Part shown: positions 1 through 8,331 of the stretch, piece after piece
Layout of the letters: each line of letters opens with the position of its first letter
How positions within the stretch are numbered: position 1 is the stretch's first letter
Assembly (NCBI GenBank): GCA_009781115.1
Contig: WQYT01000001.1
Coordinates: forward strand, 13,413 to 77,412
DNA from: Coriobacteriia bacterium
GTDB lineage: Bacteria > Actinomycetota > Coriobacteriia > WRKU01 > WQUG01
Direction of reading: 5' to 3'
DNA length: 64,000 nt
Notes under the pieces: generated by a model
Seen by the model: the letters and a program-made list of their open reading frames with translations, nothing else
Database searches by the model: none
What the model was told of the DNA's origin: nothing
Program-made: the position numbers and the translations under genes

Positions 1-241
1 GGGTCAGCTCCGGCACCACCGAGCCCAGGCAGACCGCCTCAACACCGGCAAGCGCCAGGCCGCGCGCAGCAAACAGGGACTCCAGCCATGTCGCAAGCTC
101 ATCGGGGGTTGCCGTGGCATGCGTCGAGATGCGCCAGGTGGCGATGGGAGCGGGGGTGGCGCGCTCTGCGTGCTCCGGGCTCGCTGCGTCATATACGCCA
201 AGCGCCGTCTGAGTATTTCCTATGTCTATTGCGAGTAGCAT
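1..241 (-). CDS. coaX: Type III pantothenate kinase (CoaX), N-terminal part; gene continues past window start
   Basis: Own translation of minus frame from ATG at 241-239: MLLAIDIGNTQTALGVYD...ISTHATATPDELATWLESLFAARGLALAGVEAVCLGSVVPELT, with high GC3. Matches CoaX N-terminal acetate/sugar kinase motif. Not in the ORF track (no stop in window). Fits the adjacent panB/panC context. Confidence 0.6.
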   Translation of the reverse strand, partial: MLLAIDIGNTQTALGVYDAASPEHAERATPAPIATWRISTHATATPDELATWLESLFAARGLALAGVEAVCLGSVVPELT

Positions 242-308
242 GTGAGGTAACATGTTATCATTTTACAGCAGGTAATACAGTAGGTAACTGTGGCCGAAGG
301 ATGAGATC

Positions 309-1013
309 ATGCAAGAAACCCCGCCAAAAATCCTGATCGTTGACGATGAGGCTTCCATCACAGAGTTTGTGAGCTACAACCTGAAAAAAGAGGGTTATCA
401 GGTCGCGGTGGCCGTTGATGGGCCCAGCGCCCTTGAGGCCTTCGCCGCCGATATCTACGATCTGGTGGTACTCGACATCAATTTGCCGGGGATGAATGGC
501 TTTGAGGTCTGCAAACACCTCCGGGAGCACTCCACCGTGCCGGTGCTGTTTCTTTCTGCCCGCGATACCGAGCTTGACAAAGTTGTGGGGCTGGAGATTG
601 GTGGCGATGACTACCTGGCCAAGCCCTTTGGGGTACGCGAGTTTTCCGCGCGGGTCAAGGCCCTGCTGCGCCGCTCGACCACTGAGGCCGCTCACGAAGA
701 GGCCGCCAACGAGATCGTCGATGTGTCCGGCATCACGCTGGATCAGACCGCTCACAGTGCGCGCAGCGCTGCCGGCCCGATCGACCTGACGCCGCGCGAG
801 TTCGAGCTGCTGAACTGCCTGATGCATCACGCCGGCAAGGTCTTATCGCGCGAGCAACTGCTGCGCGACGCCTGGGGCTGGGAGTACCTGGTCGAGACTA
901 AGACGGTCGATACTCACATCAAGCGCTTGCGTGACAAGCTTGAAGCCGCTCAAATCAACCCGAGCATTGTAGAGACGGTGCGCGGCTACGGGTATCGCTT
1001 CCGCTGCGAATAG
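309..1013 (+). CDS. OmpR/PhoB-family response regulator (receiver + winged-helix)
   Basis: KILIVDDE...D at receiver positions; C-terminal GYGYRF winged-helix motif; RBS GAAGGATGAGATC before ATG. Confidence 0.9.
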   Translation: MQETPPKILIVDDEASITEFVSYNLKKEGYQVAVAVDGPSALEAFAADIYDLVVLDINLPGMNGFEVCKHLREHSTVPVLFLSARDTELDKVVGLEIGGDDYLAKPFGVREFSARVKALLRRSTTEAAHEEAANEIVDVSGITLDQTAHSARSAAGPIDLTPREFELLNCLMHHAGKVLSREQLLRDAWGWEYLVETKTVDTHIKRLRDKLEAAQINPSIVETVRGYGYRFRCE

Positions 1014-1046
1014 GGCGCGGCAAGCCGCCCGCCCGGTGGTCCGGTC

Positions 1047-2162
1047 ATGGCCTCTCAAAAACATAGCTTCAGTTCAGGGATCTCGCAGAGGATGCGCCTT
1101 ATCTTTCTGCTGCTGCTGGCCGCGCTGACCGCCATCTGCCTGGCCGCGCTGCTGCTCATCACGCAAAAGGCCGCTCTTGTTATCATCGCTGGCGCCGCCG
1201 TAATCTGCATGGTGGTTGGCTGGCTTATCATCGGGCGCGTTTCTGCTCACCTGACGCGCGATTTTCGTGGTCTGGTAGCAACCGTGCGCGAGTTTAATGA
1301 CGGCAACAAGTCTGTGCGTGCGCGGGCACAGGGCGCCAAAGAGATCCGGCAGCTGGCCGATGGGATCAACCGCATCATCAAAGAAAACGAGACGGCAATC
1401 AGCGCCCGCAAGGCCGAGGACCGCCGCCAGAACCGCTTTGTCGGCGACGTCAGCCACGAGCTGCGCACGCCGCTGGCCAGCATCCACGGCGCCGCCGAAA
1501 CCTTGCTGGACGGCGATGTTGATCCGGAATACCAGCAGCGGTTTTTGCAGATGATCATCGAGAATACCGAGCGCATGACGCGCCTGGCAAACGACCTGAT
1601 TGAGCTGACCAAGATCGAGGGCGCCACCGGCGAGATCCCCCTGCGCAGGTTCCGGCCGCGCCAGGTGGTCGACAAGGCGCTGACCCTGCTGGAGCCCACG
1701 CTTGAGGCCCGGGGGACCGAGATCACGATCACCGGAGACGCGCCTGAGATACTCGGCGACATGGACCGCGTGCAGCAGATCGTCGTCAACCTGGTCGATA
1801 ACGCGTCGCGCGCCAGCGACGCGGGCGGCAAGATCGAGATCGGGCTCAGCACCTGCGAGGTGCGCGAGCTGGGCCCGCAGGTGCACGACAAGAACCTCGC
1901 GGATGTCGAGTTCTTTGCGCTGCTTAGCATTGCCGACAACGGCCCCGGGATCAGCGAGGAGGACCTCCCCTACCTCTTCGAGCGTTTTACGCGCCCCCAG
2001 AAGAGCCGGGCGCGCACCAGCGGCGGCGCAGGGATCGGGCTTTCCATCGTCAAGGCGATCGTCACGGCCCACGGCGGCGCGATCGACGTGCGCAACCGCA
2101 AAGAGGGCGGGGCGCTGTTCCGCGTCTTTCTGCCCATCCCCCCCGATCTGCCCAAGTACTAA
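1047..2162 (+). CDS. Sensor histidine kinase (TM-HAMP-HisKA-HATPase)
   Basis: H-box VSHELRTPLASI; G-box GGAGIGLSIV; N-terminal TM helices; immediately downstream of the response regulator. Confidence 0.85.
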   Translation: MASQKHSFSSGISQRMRLIFLLLLAALTAICLAALLLITQKAALVIIAGAAVICMVVGWLIIGRVSAHLTRDFRGLVATVREFNDGNKSVRARAQGAKEIRQLADGINRIIKENETAISARKAEDRRQNRFVGDVSHELRTPLASIHGAAETLLDGDVDPEYQQRFLQMIIENTERMTRLANDLIELTKIEGATGEIPLRRFRPRQVVDKALTLLEPTLEARGTEITITGDAPEILGDMDRVQQIVVNLVDNASRASDAGGKIEIGLSTCEVRELGPQVHDKNLADVEFFALLSIADNGPGISEEDLPYLFERFTRPQKSRARTSGGAGIGLSIVKAIVTAHGGAIDVRNRKEGGALFRVFLPIPPDLPKY

Positions 2163-2776
2163 CTGCCGTCCAGCACTGAGGTTGCCCCTCCGGGCAGGTG
2201 GCGGGCCAGAAGGCGAGCGGTTGCCAGGGCGACAGCGGCTTTGATGAGGTCGCCAGCAATGAAGGGCAGGACGCCGGCGATCAGGGCGGCGGTAAGCGGC
2301 AGATGCGTACTGGCGGCAAGCCAGAGTGTGCCGAGCGCGTCAACAATAAGGATCATCGCTGCGGCTGCCAGGACCTCCCGCCAGAGGCGGCGGCGTCCGG
2401 CGCCCCGGGTGTCCCGGACGCGGCGCCCGGCGCCGGTGGCCCGGGTGCCCCAGGCAGGACGGCCCGCGATAAGCGCGCCAAGACCAGCCGCGATCACAAA
2501 AGCGATCAGATAGCCGCCGGTCGGGCCGACGAGCACCGCCGCTCCCCCTTTGCCGCCGGCAAACACCGGCAGGCCGAGGGCGCCCAGCGCAACATAGCAC
2601 AGCATGCTCGCCGTCGCCCAGCGCGGACGGAGCAACAGCGCCGCCAAAACCACAAAGAAGGTCTGCAGAGTCAGCGGAACAGACGCGGGCAGCAGGGCCG
2701 CAATCCAGGATGTCACCGCCAAACAGGCCGCGATGAGCGCGGCGACAGTCAGCTGCCGGATGCGATCAGATCTCAT
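2159..2776 (-). CDS. bioY: Biotin transporter BioY (ECF S-component)
   Basis: LTLQTFFVVLAALLL...LGLPVFAGGKGG...GPTGGYLIAF BioY signature; RBS GAGGAG before ATG at 2776. Confidence 0.8.
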   Translation of the reverse strand: MRSDRIRQLTVAALIAACLAVTSWIAALLPASVPLTLQTFFVVLAALLLRPRWATASMLCYVALGALGLPVFAGGKGGAAVLVGPTGGYLIAFVIAAGLGALIAGRPAWGTRATGAGRRVRDTRGAGRRRLWREVLAAAAMILIVDALGTLWLAASTHLPLTAALIAGVLPFIAGDLIKAAVALATARLLARHLPGGATSVLDGS

Positions 2777-2857
2777 GAAAGCTCCTCATCTGGCAGGCGG
2801 CGCGCCGGGTCGGCACGCCCTACGCATTGATGCATGCCATTGCTCATCTGGCAAAAC

Positions 2858-2889
2858 GGTGACAAACACCCCCTGGGGTGTTTGTCACC
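2858..2889. repeat. 32-bp palindrome GGTGACAAACACCCC-ct-GGGGTGTTTGTCACC overlapping the birA stop, upstream of bioY
   Basis: Direct read; family copies at 44824-44852, 53501-53529, 53440-53470 (variant) and 5204-5248 (half-site variant). Confidence 0.7.
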
Positions 2890-4165
2890 TGTCATCCCAG
2901 GACCGGATGCGCTCAAGCAGCGGCGGGAACAGCCACTCGGCGACGTCTTCTGGGGTTGGGTTCTTCAGCGCATCAGACAGGTAGGCGGCCCCCTCAAAGC
3001 CCTGCCGCTGATGGCGCGGGCGGCGTACATTTACGCCAACCCCAATGATCAGCCATCCGTCCTGGCCGCTTGCTTCCAGCAGAATGCCCGCCAGCTTGCC
3101 GTCCGGCGCATACAGGTCATTGGGCGCCTTGACAAAAAGCCCCTCGACCCCCTGCGCGGTCAAAACCTCGCAGAGCACCTGCGCGCTGAGCAGCGAGAGC
3201 TCGCTTTGCTCAGAAACCGGGCGCTGCGGCCAGTACAGCAGGCTGGCGTACAGCCCGCCTGCGGGCGATGTCCACGAGCGCTGGAACTGCCCCCGCCCTC
3301 CCGTTTGGGTGCGCGCGATGACCAGCAGCGTATCGCCTGGCTCTGCCTGGCTCTGCCCCGATCTCTGCCCCAGCGCTGTCCCCTGGCTCTGCCCGCTCGC
3401 AATCAGTTCTTTGAGGTAATCATTGGTTGAAGCCAGGCGATGGACGCTCGTGATTTTGGTCAGCCGGGCACGCTCGCGCAGGGCCATGAGGCGACGCCGG
3501 CGCTCCGCAATCTGTTTGACCATGAGAGCGGCAAAAACGGCCAGCGCAATGAGCAGAACCACTCCAAAGATGCCCAGGCCAGAAAAGAGGTCGCTTGCCA
3601 GGGCGGCGTTGCGCATCAAAAACCAGCCCACCAGCGTCAGCACCAGGGTATAAAACGAGCTGCCCAGAAACAAGTTCAGTAAAAAGCGCGCATACGACAT
3701 GCGCAGGGCGCCTGCGACCGGCGGCACAAAGGCCTTCATGCCATAGATGAAGCGCGCCGAGAGGATCGTGACCGTGCCATGCAGCTCAAAGTACTCCTTG
3801 AGGTCATCGACGATACCCGGATCAACCCGCATGAAGCGCGGCAGTCTGAGCCCGTTGTAGCGGACCAGGAAACGGCGCAGGCCCTCGATGCCAAGCCGGC
3901 GCCCGGTCAGATACATCGCGGTAGAGCCGATCAGCGAGCCTGCCAGCGCCAGCACAAACACCCACAGAAGCGACACGTGTTGACCAACCGCCACAAAGGC
4001 GGCGGCCGCGATGATGACCTCGCCAGGGGTAACCAGGCCCACAAACGGGATCGTCTCTGCGATGGTCAGCACAAGCAGCACAAGCAGACCCCAGGGGAGA
4101 AAATAATGCGCGATCCAGGAGTAGATCGGGGCGATGGGCGTCAGTATCTCGGGGATGGACGACAT
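2885..4165 (-). CDS. birA: DedA-family membrane domain fused in-frame to group-I biotin-protein ligase (BirA catalytic domain)
   Basis: N-terminal ~215 aa has DedA/TVP38 motifs (GEVIIAAAAF...; RFIYGMKAFVPPVAGALRMSYARFLL...GWFL). C-terminal part has ASTNDYL and the GRGQFQRSW biotin-ligase motif. There is no stop codon between the two domains. RBS GGAGG before ATG at 4165, which overlaps the panC stop (ATGA). Confidence 0.75.
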   Translation of the reverse strand: MSSIPEILTPIAPIYSWIAHYFLPWGLLVLLVLTIAETIPFVGLVTPGEVIIAAAAFVAVGQHVSLLWVFVLALAGSLIGSTAMYLTGRRLGIEGLRRFLVRYNGLRLPRFMRVDPGIVDDLKEYFELHGTVTILSARFIYGMKAFVPPVAGALRMSYARFLLNLFLGSSFYTLVLTLVGWFLMRNAALASDLFSGLGIFGVVLLIALAVFAALMVKQIAERRRRLMALRERARLTKITSVHRLASTNDYLKELIASGQSQGTALGQRSGQSQAEPGDTLLVIARTQTGGRGQFQRSWTSPAGGLYASLLYWPQRPVSEQSELSLLSAQVLCEVLTAQGVEGLFVKAPNDLYAPDGKLAGILLEASGQDGWLIIGVGVNVRRPRHQRQGFEGAAYLSDALKNPTPEDVAEWLFPPLLERIRSWDDR

Positions 4166-5181
4166 CAGGCCTCCGTGAGACAGGTGAGACAGGGACTGAG
4201 ACAGGGGGACGGTTCTTCTGTCTCATTAATGAGACAGAAGAACCGTCCCCCTGTCTCAGTCCCACCCCCTGTCCTTATCTCGGCGTTATCGATCAGGTGC
4301 ACTCCTGCCAGTGTGACCGAGATCAGCAGGCGAGCGGGGCCATCCAGAGCCTCAATCGGCTGAAGCGTCTCAGGGTCAACCAGCGCACAGTAGCCAATCT
4401 GGAGCCCGCCACGATCATCGGTCTGGGCCCCCTCCCCCTCCTGCAGCACGCCTGCAGCTGCCGCCTCCAGGCGGCGCGCGTCACGCTCGCCTGCGGCGGC
4501 GGCGGCCTGGGCCGCGCTGATGGCCGCAAACAGCACGCCGGCCCGGGCACGCGCGCCTGCGCCCGCTCCGGCGCCTGCGCCCGCATCCAGGTAGCGGTTG
4601 CGGCTCGAAAGCGCCAGGCCGTCTGGTTCGCGCACCGTCGGCACGCCGATGATGGCCGCGCTCAGGTCAAGGTCGCACGCCAGCTGGCGTATCACGCACA
4701 GCTGCTGATAGTCTTTCTCCCCAAAGTAGGCCTCCTCCGGCCCAACCAATGACAAGAGCTTGGTAACCACCAGGGCGACCCCGGCAAAGTGAGTGGGACG
4801 CAGCGCGCCCTCCCAGATACGGCCCAGCTCTCCTACGGCGATCGTCGTCTGCGACAGGGGTTCTGCCGCGTGGCCGCTATAAAGCTCTTCAACGGAGGGG
4901 GCGAACAGGAGGTCTGCGCCAGAGCGGGCGGCAAACTCCGCGTCGCGTTCCAGATCGCGCGGATAGCGCGCCAGATCCTCATCTGCCGCAAACTGCGTGG
5001 GGTTAACAAAGACCGACACCACCACAAAAGCGCCGCCGCGCGCCGCCGCCTCGATCAGCGCGCCATGCCCGGCGTGAAGCGCGCCCATCGTCGGCACCAG
5101 CGCGATCTTCCTGCCGCTGCCGTCTGCGCGCACCTGGCGCAGCACAGCGCGAAGCTCCTCTTTGGTATGCAGCAGATCCAT
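4165..5181 (-). CDS. panC: Pantoate--beta-alanine ligase PanC
   Basis: PTMGALHAGH, FGEKDYQQ and SSRN motifs. Start placed at internal ATG 5181 (MDLLHTKEEL); the ORF-track start 5271 would add 30 aa encoded by a palindromic repeat. Last ~30 codons run through a 66-bp palindrome. Confidence 0.8.
   Translation of the reverse strand: MDLLHTKEELRAVLRQVRADGSGRKIALVPTMGALHAGHGALIEAAARGGAFVVVSVFVNPTQFAADEDLARYPRDLERDAEFAARSGADLLFAPSVEELYSGHAAEPLSQTTIAVGELGRIWEGALRPTHFAGVALVVTKLLSLVGPEEAYFGEKDYQQLCVIRQLACDLDLSAAIIGVPTVREPDGLALSSRNRYLDAGAGAGAGAGARARAGVLFAAISAAQAAAAAGERDARRLEAAAAGVLQEGEGAQTDDRGGLQIGYCALVDPETLQPIEALDGPARLLISVTLAGVHLIDNAEIRTGGGTETGGRFFCLINETEEPSPCLSPCLTCLTEA
4195..4260. repeat. Perfect 66-bp palindrome (30-bp arms around ATTAAT) with flanking GAGACAG repeats
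   Basis: ACTGAGACAGGGGGACGGTTCTTCTGTCTC-ATTAAT-GAGACAGAAGAACCGTCCCCCTGTCTCAGT; GAGACAG also at 4177, 4186 and 4198. Confidence 0.8.
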
Positions 5182-5326
5182 GCGTCCATGCGTCCTCTCA
5201 TCAGGTGACAAAAGGGGCCTGACTCCTTTTGTCACCCCTTTTGTCACCGGCAAACCGGCGTGCCAAAGCACCCGATTTTTTTACTACGCGCAATCCCTTG
5301 CCACGCGGCTCCTTGCCACGCTCCCG

Positions 5327-6211
5327 TCACACAAGAGCGTCCGGGCTCAAGCTCCCGTCCAACAGCGCTTCCACGTGGGCCTGCGCGTCAGCGACAACCT
5401 GGGAGTCAACGTGAGTCGTTTGCTCCTCAGCCGGATACGTCTTCTCCCGCACCGCGGCCACATAGTCAGACAAGCCAGCCGTCAAAACCTCGGCGCCCTC
5501 GGCAAAGTGGCGGGCATGGCGCGGGGTAAAGTCGCCGCCCACGCCACAGAGATCATGAAAAACCTGTATCTCTCCATCACAGTCCGGACCAGCGCCGATA
5601 CCGATCGTTGCGCAGTCGATGCGCGCCGTGATAGCGCGCGCCAGCTCGGCCGGGATGCACTCAAGCACCAGGGCCACCACGCCCACAGCCGCCAGGGCCT
5701 CAGCGTCAATTATCAGGTTAGCGGCCGCCAGAGCGTCCTTGCCCTGAGTCTTAAAGCCACCAAATGCGTTGACCGACTGCGGGGTCAAGCCCAAATGGCC
5801 CACAACCGGCACGCCGGCAAGCGTCAGCCCCTCGACCAGATCAAGCGCCAACGGGAAGGCCCCCTCAAGCTTGACGGCGCCAGCGCCGCCCTCCTTCATC
5901 AGACGGCCCGCGTTATACATCCCATCGGTATATGAAGCCTGGTAGCTCATAAACGGGAGGTCGGCGACGATGAAGGTATCCGGGGCGCCTTTTGTGACGG
6001 CGGCAGTTGCCCGGACCATGTCATCCATCGTCACCGGGAGAGTCGTGCCATAGCCCAGCATCGTGTTGCCGAGCGAGTCGCCCACAAGTATCGCGTCAAT
6101 GCCTGACGCCTGCACGATGCGCGCCTGCGCCACATCATAAGCGGTACACATAACGATGCGCTTTCCCTGGGCTTTGTACTGGGCAAATGTCGTGGCGGCA
6201 AATCTCTGCAT
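5327..6211 (-). CDS. panB: 3-methyl-2-oxobutanoate hydroxymethyltransferase PanB
   Basis: IVMCTAYD...ILVGDSLGN PanB motifs. Start at ATG 6211, preceded by AAGGAG RBS; the ORF-track start 6259 is upstream of this RBS. Confidence 0.85.
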   Translation of the reverse strand: MQRFAATTFAQYKAQGKRIVMCTAYDVAQARIVQASGIDAILVGDSLGNTMLGYGTTLPVTMDDMVRATAAVTKGAPDTFIVADLPFMSYQASYTDGMYNAGRLMKEGGAGAVKLEGAFPLALDLVEGLTLAGVPVVGHLGLTPQSVNAFGGFKTQGKDALAAANLIIDAEALAAVGVVALVLECIPAELARAITARIDCATIGIGAGPDCDGEIQVFHDLCGVGGDFTPRHARHFAEGAEVLTAGLSDYVAAVREKTYPAEEQTTHVDSQVVADAQAHVEALLDGSLSPDALV

Positions 6212-6272
6212 GGCAGCTCCTTGATCAATCGGGATCAGCGCTCCTGACCCTGACCGCACGGGCCTGCGCCCG

Positions 6273-7739
6273 TCAAAAACAGGCGGGCAATGCGTCCGGC
6301 AGAAGCGCGGGGTGAACCTCTATGATAGCGCCGTAACGCTCAGCTTCACGAGTTAAGCGCGCGCCCGTTGGGAAACGGTAATCAGGCTCCAGGGCAAGCA
6401 GGGGCTCAACCACAAAAGCGCGCTGCGCAATGCGCGGGTGCGGCAGCGTGAGCGCGTCTGTCTCAAGAATGACATTCCCATAGGAGAGCAAGTCCAGGTC
6501 GATGATGCGAGGACCGTTGGGAGTAGTCTTTATCCGCCCCGCCAGGCGCTCAGCCGCCTGCAGCCCGGCAAACAGCGCCCGCGGCCCCAGGCGCGTGTCC
6601 AGGCGCACGACCGTGTTGTAAAACGGCGCCTGGTCTTCGTAGTAGGCAGGCTCGCTGACGTAGAGGGGAGCAGTGGCGGTCAGGGTGGTCGCCGGGAGCG
6701 TCTGCAGGAAGCGCAGCGCAGCGCGCAGATGGTCTTCGCGTGGCTCGATATTGCTGCCGAGCGCCACATAGGCAGTCTGCGCCGGTTGCGTGGCCAGGCG
6801 AGTAAGCTGGGCGCGCGTGGCAGCGGCGTCGTGCACCCGCAGCCAGGTCGCGCCCGCAGCCGCGAGCGCGGCGGAGAGCTCAGCGCTTGCCTGGTCGCGC
6901 TCTTCCGGGGGGCGATCCTCGCCGAAAAGTGTGGCGAGAAAGCGCTTGCGCGACAGGCCGACGTAGGTGGAGTAGCCTTTGGAGCGGAGGCAGTCGATGA
7001 GACCGGGCGCCTGGCCGTACAGGCAGATGTCGTCGTCGCGCGTGGGGGTGAACCCGAACCCCGGATCGAGCGCGATGCGCCCGCGGGCGACACCGGCGCG
7101 TTGCAGCAGAGAAGCCTGCGCCAGGAGGAGGTCTGCTGACGCCGCCAGGTCTTGCCGAGCTGCGGCGTGCATCAGGATGCAGCGGGCGGCTGTCTTTGCT
7201 GCCAGTGCGCGCATCTCCGGGTCTTTAAAGCCGGTGACGTCATTGATGCCATCGGCGCCTGCGGCCAGAGCAGCACGGGCGGTTGCAACGTGAAAGGTGT
7301 CAACGCTGATGGGCGCCGTTACGCCTGCCACACGCAGACCTTCAATGACAGGCAGGACGCGCGCGCACTCCTCACCCGTATCGACTGGCGTCGCCCCCGG
7401 GCGCGTTGACTCCCCACCCACATCAAGCTCGTCTGCACCCGCGCACAGCAGGTCAAGACCGTGGCGAACAGCAGCATCCGGCGCAACGTATTGCCCGCCA
7501 TCAGAAAATGAATCCGGAGTAACGTTAACGATGCCCACCAGGCGCACCGACGAAAGATCGACCTGCTCCGGCTCAGGGTCATCCCCGAAATACACCGGGG
7601 TTGCCGCTGGGGCTGGAGCGGAATCTGGAACTGCCGCTGCCACTGCCGCTGGGGCTGGATCCGGAACTACCGCCGAAGCCGAAGCTGAAGTTGCATCCGG
7701 GACCGGAGCCGGAACAGAAGCCGGGCTACCGTCAGACAT
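6273..7739 (-). CDS. folP: Fused dihydropteroate synthase (FolP) and HPPK (FolK) with a 60-aa Ala/Pro-rich N-terminal extension
   Basis: GIVNVTPDSFSDGG pterin-binding motif, then C-terminal YVALGSNIEP HPPK motif; GAGG RBS before ATG 7739. No folB between them. Confidence 0.85.
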   Translation of the reverse strand: MSDGSPASVPAPVPDATSASASAVVPDPAPAAVAAAVPDSAPAPAATPVYFGDDPEPEQVDLSSVRLVGIVNVTPDSFSDGGQYVAPDAAVRHGLDLLCAGADELDVGGESTRPGATPVDTGEECARVLPVIEGLRVAGVTAPISVDTFHVATARAALAAGADGINDVTGFKDPEMRALAAKTAARCILMHAAARQDLAASADLLLAQASLLQRAGVARGRIALDPGFGFTPTRDDDICLYGQAPGLIDCLRSKGYSTYVGLSRKRFLATLFGEDRPPEERDQASAELSAALAAAGATWLRVHDAAATRAQLTRLATQPAQTAYVALGSNIEPREDHLRAALRFLQTLPATTLTATAPLYVSEPAYYEDQAPFYNTVVRLDTRLGPRALFAGLQAAERLAGRIKTTPNGPRIIDLDLLSYGNVILETDALTLPHPRIAQRAFVVEPLLALEPDYRFPTGARLTREAERYGAIIEVHPALLPDALPACF

Positions 7740-7761
7740 GGACGCCTCGCTGCAGGGCCCC

Positions 7762-8331
7762 TTAGCGGGGGCCGATCAGCGCCATAGCTTCCGCGCGCGT
7801 GCGGGCGTCAGTCTGAAACGCCCCCCTGACCGCAGACGTGATCGTCTTCGAGCCCGATTTCTTCACGCCGCGCATCGACATGCAGAGGTGCTCGGCCTCA
7901 ACAACCACAAGCACTCCCGCCGGATGAAGATACTCGACCAGACTGTCTGCGACCTGCGAGGTCAGGCGCTCCTGGACCTGCAGGCGCCGCGCAAAGATAT
8001 CGACGACCCGGGCCAGCTTTGACAGGCCGCAGACCCTGCCGTCGGCGCCAGGGATGTAGGCCACGTGGGTCACGCCAAAAAACGGCGCCATATGGTGTTC
8101 GCAGAGGGAGTAGAGCGGGATGTCGCGCACCAGCACCATCTCCTGATGACCCTCGTCAAAAGTAACAGAAAGTGGCTGCGCTGCAGAAAGCTCCATCCCG
8201 GAGCAAATCTCTGCATACATATCGGCCACACGGGCGGGCGTTTTCTGCAGCCCCTCGCGATCTGGGTCCTCGCCTATTCCCTCAAGAATCAGGCGCACGC
8301 CCGCAGCAATTTTGTCCCTATCAAAAGACAT
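7762..8331 (-). CDS. folE: GTP cyclohydrolase I FolE
   Basis: [22 protein letters not shown] matches the FolE active-site region. Confidence 0.9.
   Translation of the reverse strand: MSFDRDKIAAGVRLILEGIGEDPDREGLQKTPARVADMYAEICSGMELSAAQPLSVTFDEGHQEMVLVRDIPLYSLCEHHMAPFFGVTHVAYIPGADGRVCGLSKLARVVDIFARRLQVQERLTSQVADSLVEYLHPAGVLVVVEAEHLCMSMRGVKKSGSKTITSAVRGAFQTDARTRAEAMALIGPR

Noticed and set aside
4-336. ORF-track ORFs 4..201(-) and 88..336(+) at the window start
   Set aside because: Arg/Pro/Ser-rich wrong-frame products. A different minus frame gives a convincing CoaX N-terminus (MLLAIDIGNTQTALGVYD...) with high GC3, so these are artefacts.
1074-2072. Long antisense/alternate-frame ORFs inside real genes (e.g. 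1074..2072, 5162..5935, 6438..7139, 7297..8022, 24744..25655, 25740..26567, 36721..37770, 38042..38686, 54705..56201)
   Set aside because: They overlap well-supported conserved genes on the opposite strand or in another frame and show the Arg/Ala/Gly-rich composition typical of spurious high-GC ORFs.
2858-2889. Palindrome upstream of bioY as a BirA (bio operator) site
   Set aside because: The BirA here lacks an N-terminal HTH DNA-binding domain (group I, fused to DedA instead), and the same palindrome recurs at unrelated loci (pncB, ldt leader), so a specific BirA operator is unlikely.
4195-4260. 66-bp palindrome as an intrinsic terminator between panC and birA
   Set aside because: No U-tract follows on the coding (minus) strand, and the panC stop codon overlaps the birA start (ATGA), indicating read-through and coupled translation.
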